From Schmidtea polychroa (Eukaryota): a stretch of DNA of 64,000 nucleotides. The notes beneath the pieces were generated by a model. The model ran no database searches, had not been told where the DNA came from, and worked only from the letters and a program-made list of their open reading frames with translations. The position numbers and the translations under genes were made by a program. Location: NCBI GenBank assembly GCA_044892525.1, contig CM097885.1, forward strand, positions 52,206,001 through 52,270,000, written 5' to 3'. This document shows positions 54,512 to 64,000 of the stretch, piece after piece; within the stretch, counting starts at the first letter, position 1, and every line of letters begins with the position of its first letter.

Positions 54512-55910
54512 ATGTCACCAAAACAAAAACGAAAATCTATTACTATCGAAGAAAAATTGAAAATTGTGGCCCGAGCAAAGCGTGGTGAGTCGCTAAATTT
54601 TTTACAAAAACAAACAGGTTATCAACGATCACAAATAAGAAAATGGATTTCTAAAGAAAATGATTTAATTCAATCAAAACGCAATCAGAAAAGAGTAAGG
54701 GGTGGTGGGCGAAAGCCTGCTTTTCCTGAAGTGGAAAAATTGGTAATTGAATGGTTTAAGAGCCAAAGAGAAAAAAAACTGGTTGTCAATAATATGTTTA
54801 GGAGGAAAGCGAAAACAATTTTCAAAAATATCGGGACCCCTACAACAATAAACGAATTTTCATGCAGCAACAAATGGATCCGAGGAGTTTGCCGTCGAAA
54901 TAAAATTTCATCAAGAAAAATTACACACCAAAGCCAACAAGATAATTCTTCACCAATTGAAATTCACAATAAAGTGAAAAAATATCTTTCAGCAATTAAT
55001 CAAAAAAGTGTAAATATTCCGAAAAATTTAATATTTAATATGGATGAAACTCCATGTTATTTTGATATGACCTACGGCCGAACGCTTCATTTTCAGGGAG
55101 AAAAAACAGTAGATGGTTTAAATACAGGTCATTGTAAAAATAGATTTACTATCGTATTGTGTATTTCTGCAGCTGGTTCTATTATCCGAACGCAAATTAT
55201 TTTAAAAGGTCTCAAAAAGATTCCAAAAAATATTGATTTAGTAGTGAGTGATGGGGGTTCTATGACAACTGATTTAATGATGAAATGGATACAAAATTGT
55301 TATAGCCAACAATGCAATACTTTTAGACGCGAAAAGTCTTTGCTGATTATGGATTCATATGGTTGTCATTTGAAAGACGTGATAATAGAAAACTTAAAAA
55401 AAGTGTCTTGCAGAAGTTATAATAATTCCACCAAAAACCACATCCTTTTTGCAACCACTAGATGTGTCGATCAATTATCCATTTAAAAACGCTTTAAAAG
55501 CCGAATGGAACAATTGGCTAGCAGAAGCACCTGAAGAATATACAAATAAAGGTTATCGAAAAAGGCCAAGTTACCAAAATTTGGTGGATTTTACTGCAGC
55601 AGCGCTGAAAAAAATTTCTCCTGAAATCATAATGCGATCTTTTGAATGTTGTGGGATTGGGGAACGTGGACTAGAAATTCCTTTATCCAAATTAAATAAA
55701 AAGTTAGAAGCAGTGTTAGCTTTTGATGAGGTTTTACAACAGAGGTCTGAACAGACTCTGGTACTGGAAGAGGAGGATTATCAAGAACATCCTGACGAGG
55801 AATATGAACTGCTATTTCAGGAAGAATTTTCCAGCGTTAGTACTGAAGAAATTTTATTGTCATCATCAAGTATTGAAGATGATTCTAACTGTGACGATGA
55901 GTCGGAGTAA
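54512..55910 (+). pseudogene. pogo transposase with one frameshift
   Basis: RKSITIEEKLKIV (psq-type HTH), GGGRKPAFPEVE, NMDETP, IMDSYGCH and LQPLD. Removing one base in the A-run near 55400 joins the two ORFs and gives DD35D. Confidence 0.92.
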
Positions 55911-58900
55911 AATATTAACATTACCTACTTGTTATTGTGTTTAATTTAATTAATTTGAATTTTGTCATTAAGTAATGAAAAAGTTTAATAGGTAGGTACC
56001 TATATGGTATAGTCTAATCGTATACCAATTATTATACCATGGTATAATAAACCAATAAGTATACCAGGGTATAATAAACCAAATAGTGTACCATGGTATA
56101 ATAAACCAAATAGTGTATCTGGTATAATATTTGGATTTTTTTTTCTTGTTTTTATTTTCTCTGCATTAAACTCGATTTTGTTAATTATTTCTTTACTTTT
56201 GTTATAAATATACATTGTTATAAATATTTTGATTTTTATAAATCTTTGTTTATAATTAATATTTTTATAATTAATATTTTTAAAATTTTTAATTTTTTTC
56301 AATCATATTTTCTTTACAGGTCTCTCTATCATTACCGCAATTTCTTTTATCCGGTCTCTAGAAACGTGCTTAATATTTTATTAAATAATTAATCTTAAAT
56401 TTAAATTAAAATTTATTATAATGATGTAGATTATTCATTATTTCAAATAATTAAAAAATATATTTTCTAATAAAATAATTGTCTAAATAGTATGTTTTTT
56501 GAAATTTAAAATTATTTAAAATTATATTTAAATCTTTCTAGAACTGCAAGAGATTATGATGATAGTAAAATCGTAAAAGATTTATTAACTTTTTTATCTT
56601 GAAACAATTATTATTATCATTTTACACAGTATGAAAATGTCATTATTAATCCTAATTTAAAGCAAAATTCATTTTAATCATAACTTTTATCATTCAGTTG
56701 AAAATACGAAAATTCGAAATTCTTTTTTTAAATTAAATTCTTTTTAATGTTATTGAAGTCATATTGAAAATATATATATGCGAGAAATATATTTATTTTT
56801 AATAAAAAAGCAACCGAAAAATTTTAATTTATTTATTATTGAGATAAATAGTTTTTTTAAATAATTTAATAAATATTGCGCATAACTAAATAAAAAAATC
56901 ACCCAAATTTGAAATTGTTTTTATTTCTTTAATAAATATTATTGAATAATAAATTTGCATTATCTATAACTACAATACAAAAGAAGTTGACTGCTAAAAT
57001 TAATTATATCCTAAATATTTGAAATCTCGTCTTAAAAAAATATACTTAGCTCACCTTCAAAATCAACGGCTCATAATTCGAGCAAATATTCCTCCTTTTC
57101 ATTATGTTATCAAAACATACTTTTAACTTTATATAAGTTAATTGTAATGACATGATGCCGTTATGATATTATCATTTAAATAAACATTCTTAAAAAATTT
57201 GCTGTTGATTGAATTTAAAAAGGGTTTTGAGGTAATCAACAATACGTAATTTTATAATGTCTCCAATAATTTTCAAAAAACTAAAAGTCTTTTACATTCG
57301 GAACTAATAATGCTACTCAACCCTTCGATTCAAATTTGTCTTAAAGCAAAGTACGGAAATGAGGGTACCAAATTAATTACAACAGCGAATTAATTGCTTT
57401 ATATAGGATAGAGCTTTTCTTAGGCCTTCTATTGGTTTAAAAGTGGAAGAATTACTACTATTCGAATTTTAGTTGAAACGATCAATTGACATAGAATGAA
57501 GAATTATAATTCGATGTTTTAATTAATTTGGTACTTCCGGAAATCCTAGTAGGTGTCACGATGTATTTGAACACATGATGAAGGATGTAACAAGGTTTTA
57601 AAGGTTTCAAATTATCATGTACCTTATTTATTGTATTGATTTATAGTCTTACAAACATTAATATGAATATTAATAAATTAAACAAAAGATCAAAGCTAAA
57701 ACCAAAAGTTAAATATTAAATTTATATATCTGTAGTCAATTTAAAAAAAATCAAAAATAATGAAATAATTGTTATTTCGATTTAAAATTTACTAATAAAA
57801 TAGAATTTTATATTATTAAACATTTTAATTTTCTTTACCATTGATGAATTATTTTCCATTTTTTTTCTTTTAAATGACAAGAATAAATTGAAATTAAAAT
57901 AAAATGCGGTATAATAAAATTTCGAATTGTAATCATTTTATTTAATTTCCAAAACTAAAAAAAAAGATTACATAAATTCAGAAAAATTGAAACCAAATTT
58001 ATCAGTAAAATTATCAATAAGAAATATATTTGAAAACTTTCGGTTTGAGTGATTTTCTTGACAATAAAGTCTGAGTTTAAAATATAATTTCTTTGGTATT
58101 TGAAGGATTAGACTTTAAATAACCAATTAGATTATTCTAGTTTAATTTTGTTTTATTCTGTATTGCAAATAAAAAGTTTTCAACTGTAGAAAATTTAAAT
58201 TGATTTGGATATTTCTCGATTGTTCATTTCGGATTACAATAATTAAATTAATAAATAATTAAAAATTAAATAAAAAAATTGTAAATGTTAATCAGTCAAT
58301 TAAATGTAAAAATAAGAAATTACACAAACAAATGGTATTGTACATCGTATACGATTCGCACGGCGTTCAACATCTTAAATCTTTGTTGCCTAATAATATT
58401 ATTGCAATATAGATATAAAATGGAAATTTTCAATTCTTTCCATGAAACATTTTTTCAATTAGCATAAGTAAAGAAATTTTTTTGTTTTACTAGATAAAAA
58501 AATTTAAAAGTTTTATGATATTTAAAACAAAATTGAAAAGAAATATTTGTACTATTTCTATAAGTTTATTTAATGAATTAAATACTTGTGCATATTAAGG
58601 AAAATATAAACATCAGAAAAAATAGCAATTTCATTATCAACTTTCATTAATTTCATTGTAAACGATTTAACACGGAATTTCTGTACAGCTTTTTTCAAAT
58701 GCTTTTGTTTAACAGAAAAAGAGATGTTTAATTTTATTAAATAAAATATTTTGAATGTAAATTTTACCAACAAGCGTTAGAATTTAGCAAATGGCGTAAA
58801 TTAACCAAAAATGAAGTTTATCAAATCTGAATATTTATTATTAATATTAATTTATATTTAAGTTTAATAGTCAAAAGATCTCATAATTGGATATATTTCA

Positions 58901-60891
58901 GGCGCGAGTAAGGAAGAAAGATTGGAAAGTTCTTATCGTAGATCAATGGTAAGTTTCATTAATTTTTAAAGCAATACGATATCATATGACAAAATGTCGC
59001 CAGTCTTTTAGTCAGTAATTGAAATAGATGTTTCTATTGTTATCAAGATAAACACGTCGCCAAAGATTTGGAAGCTGACCATTTTTGCAATGGATATGAA
59101 GTAAACATTTTAATATATTACTTAATTGTCCAGTTAATAATTCATAATACTGACAGTCATTTATTTCCATTCTCATATGAAGGTCCATTAGGCCTTGACG
59201 CTATAAATTTTAATTGTAAAGTTAATTAATACGGTGACTACTAATATGAATTGTAAATACGAATATTTAAGCTGTTTAAAAAGAATTATCCAATTTTCGA
59301 GCAAAATAATAATGACATTTGCAAAATGTTAAAACCTTTTTTAACCTTTAACCATTTTAATATAAGGATTTGTAATATATTAATATGACCTTGGATTTAA
59401 ACAGTTTTAATTGGTTTTTATAATGGTGATAATTTCTAATTTAATAGTGTTTTATTTTAATTTGATTATGTTAATTTTATATTAAAAATATCATTTCATA
59501 TCATTTCATTCTAAAAGATCTTAAACAATTTATGGATATATTATATAAATTTAATTTAAATAAATATTAAATATTTAATAATAAAATATAAAATTAACAT
59601 AATCAAATTATAAATTAACATTATATTTCAAGGTTATAAAACAAAATTTAAAATGCTTAGTAAACAAATTATGTAATTTTATGTAATCCCTTCAGCAACA
59701 TTCTCTCGCCTTCAATATCAATTATTTTTAACAGTAAATGTAAATCTCTTTTAGTCTTAAAATAATTAAGAAATGAACCACAGAATTAAAAGCTTATCTT
59801 TATTTAATATTTATATATAAAATAATTCTTTTATTATATAAGATTTGTTGAAAATTAATTAATATTTAATTAAATAGAAACGAAATCAAAATATTGTTGA
59901 AATTTATTTACAAATATTAATTATATGTTTTAATTAACTAAATTCTAAGCCATGAAAAGTTCATGAAAATAAATGAAGTTTTTCTGGGATGTTTAATTTT
60001 AGATTCAAATAATTAAACGAGATTTTCATATTTTTATATTTTCTTTATATCATCTTTAAGGAAACCCATATAAATAGTAATTGTCTTATGAATTTGTCTA
60101 TTTTCTACCACGAAAGTATTTTATTTGACTTTGGACAAAATATTATACACTTGAAATTTTGCATTTTTCAATACACTAAAATGTTGATGTAATTTTCACA
60201 TTTTCTTTTGTTTAAAATTATTTTAAAATTATATTGAAGCTCCTTGTAAATCGGATATAAGTTCAAGGTTTCTTTAAGCAGTGTATTTTCAAATTAATAT
60301 GGAGTAAGTAATAGTAAGTAATTGTACTTTTTTTATACTTTTCATTACAAAGAAAATTAACACTTACTTTTTAAATGATCTTTATTCTTCAAGGTTCTCG
60401 TGTACCTTAGCAAAGGAATTGAAATGCTTAGAATTACTTAAACCTTTTAACCAGTTTAAAAAATGTTGATGAACAAAAAATTAATTCAAACTAATATAAT
60501 AACACATAATGATAAAATTTTAAAAATATTTTCATCTGATTTCATTGAAAAATTTAATTGTTCTATTTCCTAATTAAAACAACAGAAGCTGACAAGAAAT
60601 TGATTAAATTATAAAATACTTGTGACGAATAATTGAGTTTGAAAAGAAAATAATTTTCAAGAAATTAAATAATTGGCACATTTATATAATGATTTTGGTG
60701 AAGAAATTTTATCAGTTATTTTATTTAAATTACATTTTGATGAACTATTTTGAAAATGACAATGCATAAAATTACAGTTAATTTAAATTTTTGTATATTA
60801 TTACGAAACAATATGTTTGTTTTAATTAACATGGCAACATTGAAATTTAGACATAAAGTTTTATGAGTAAAACCAATTAGTATTTTATTAA

Positions 60892-61629
<738 letters not shown>

Positions 61630-64000
61630 ATTGAACTAATTAAATCATTTGTTTTATTAAAAGAATTAGTAAGAAAAACACTAAAATCTTCTGATGCGGC
61701 AAAAATTAAATATACATTTATTTTATACTTTCAATAGGCAAGCGGATTAAGAAATTTGTAACCCATAATGTTTGTTAGACAAATATTTTCAGCCGTCAAA
61801 TCATCACTATAACGAATATTAAGCTCCACACTTAATATTGAAATATACATATTGAAATATACATTTACATTTATGACTTTGAATAAATCCCAAATTATAA
61901 AATAAATTGTATTGAACTCACTGTGAACATCTGCAAAATTGACTGGACAGACAATGCATTAATTGAGTTAGATATCAAATAATACGTGTTCAGAGACAAA
62001 CAAGACTCTTCCCATCTTTACATGATATTAAATGAAATAAAAATATGAATATTTCTACAACTGCCAAAACAGAAAATATTAAAAATTTTAAAATAAATTT
62101 TTCTAGGATTAATCAAACATTCTTCAATCATATGACACTATGATGATTTTTATTGATCGGTATAGTATTTGATAATGACAATTAAACTGTCGAAATATAT
62201 TGCAAAAATATATTTTTTTGAATTGTGTTCTTTTAGTTAAAATATATTTTTCAACTAAATTTTATATTTGGAATCAATGGACAAAATTAGATATAAAAAC
62301 ATAAAATTTTAATTGATTCGTTAGGAAATTAAATCAAACATAATTTTACCATTCACTATACTTTGAAACATTCAGTAATAAATATTTTATATAATAATTC
62401 CGAAGATATTTACAAAGTCAACATGACTGATAATTTAATTCAGTTTCGGAAACAATAAAATTCTTGAGTGAAATGTCATTATATGTCTTTTTATTATCCA
62501 CTCTCAAATCTTTTGATGCATTTGGCATTTCTAGCTTCCAAAATTTATCGAAATTATTGTAAATATTTAGGCAAAATATTTCAATCTACAAGCACAAATA
62601 ACACATATTTGTTGGGTTCATTTTGTCAAGTACCCTATGTAACAGAAATTTATCATAGAAAATATTGGAAAGAAAATTTGTAAATTTTTGAATTATTTTT
62701 ACATAAATGTTTAAATATACTTTTTGACATATGAAGTTATTCAAAGAAATGTAAAGATAAAATTCAAATTCAAAATTAAAGGATTTTCAGAGCAAACTAA
62801 ATTAAAAAATCAAAAATATTTTTCAATAAGATAAAAAGAAACTTATAAAAATTGAAAATATGGATGTGAAAAATCAATGCCAACACCACAGAAAGTAATT
62901 TCAAAAGTACAAACTAATTAATTAATTAATTCAAATTTGATTGGCTGCATTAATCAGCTGTTTAAAATAATAAAATTACAGAGTTTGACTGGAAATATTG
63001 CAGTCTGTCAAGCTAAAGTAAGGTAGTAAAATTTATATTGTAAAAATGGGAAATGATTTTTGATCTAGTTTGCAAAACGAAATTGATTAATGTTAATGCA
63101 ATGTATAAAAGCCGAGAATGGCTTAATACAATTTTCTTGTTGTGATCAGCAGAGAAGACCTTATTAGTGTTCAAAAGTTGAAGATCTTCGAGTAATTGAT
63201 AACTTATGACTTATCTTAAATATCATTTACTAAGAAAAATAGTTTATCCTTGGTAGATTTATGTAACATGTGAATACACTTTTAATGGGAAAATCAGACA
63301 TTTATTGTCATATCAAGAATGCACGGCGCCAGATTAGAAATGTATTCCTACGGATTATCCGTAAATGCCTACAAAGCAAATTGTTTAAAATATAAAATAA
63401 TAAAATATATTACTATTTCCGTATAGAATGACTTATATTTTATTATAAATTAAGAAGCTGGAATTGTATTTTTTTATTATTACAAAAAATGACATTGAAG
63501 CGTAAGTGAATATTTAACAGGTTTAGAATTACTCAGTTTTACACTCGAAACGTTTATTTTTGAGCTAATTTGCCTTTACAGAATCTTTGATTTTATTCAT
63601 GCTTGTTGTTTCAAAAATGTAACAAAATGAGATTTTTCCCATATAATGCCCCCAGATATATCTTGTAACTATTTCATTTTTAGTTTCTATTATACACTTG
63701 ATATGAAATATTAAAGGTGGGAATAAAATAATAATTCTGGAATCTAGATTCAAATGATAAATATTGACACTGCACAATATCAGCAAAGCTTTCTACAAGA
63801 GGACCTCTAGACATTTCCCTGAATATACTTCAAATAACTCTCAAGTGTATATTAAATCATTCTATAAAAATAGGAATTACTCTTAGAATTTTAATTGCTT
63901 CAATAAGCATGACGAATTCATTTATAAATGAAAAAAAATAAAAAGTCTATATAAAATACCTAAATAAAAAAATATTAATTATAGGAAACTATTTATGGGG

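Larger units (their letters stand above)
53851..56135 (+). mobile_element. Second pogo-superfamily transposon; right TIR not found
   Basis: TA|CCGTAGAGTGCCGAATAGTATACC left end; AATAGTGTACCA-type subterminal repeats at 53881-54000 and 56030-56130. Confidence 0.75.

Overview
Very AT-rich, intron-containing animal DNA with ~50-bp introns and (AAT)n/(TA)n microsatellites. It is consistent with a planarian-type genome, but that is inference only. Host content is one minus-strand L1-CAM/neuroglian-like gene; nine in-frame exons (42820->18903) give a signal peptide plus six Ig domains, and I see no intact FN3 or transmembrane exon. The rest is mostly transposable elements. (i) A gene-less giant palindrome (arms 1-5880 and 6793-12804, probably extending left of the window) runs on to a Polinton/Maverick-type AGTAG terminus at 14826. 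(ii) A 3460-bp mini-Polinton (36760-40219, perfect 6-bp TSD TAATAT) is built from two head-to-head copies of the same polymerase-proximal end, and these copies differ mainly at synonymous sites. (iii) An internally deleted piggyBac closely resembles the Trichoplusia ni IFP2 element. (iv) There are also two decayed DD35D pogo elements, two hAT remnants, several MITEs and a Penelope-like fragment. Similarities to known families were judged from memory, not from database searches.
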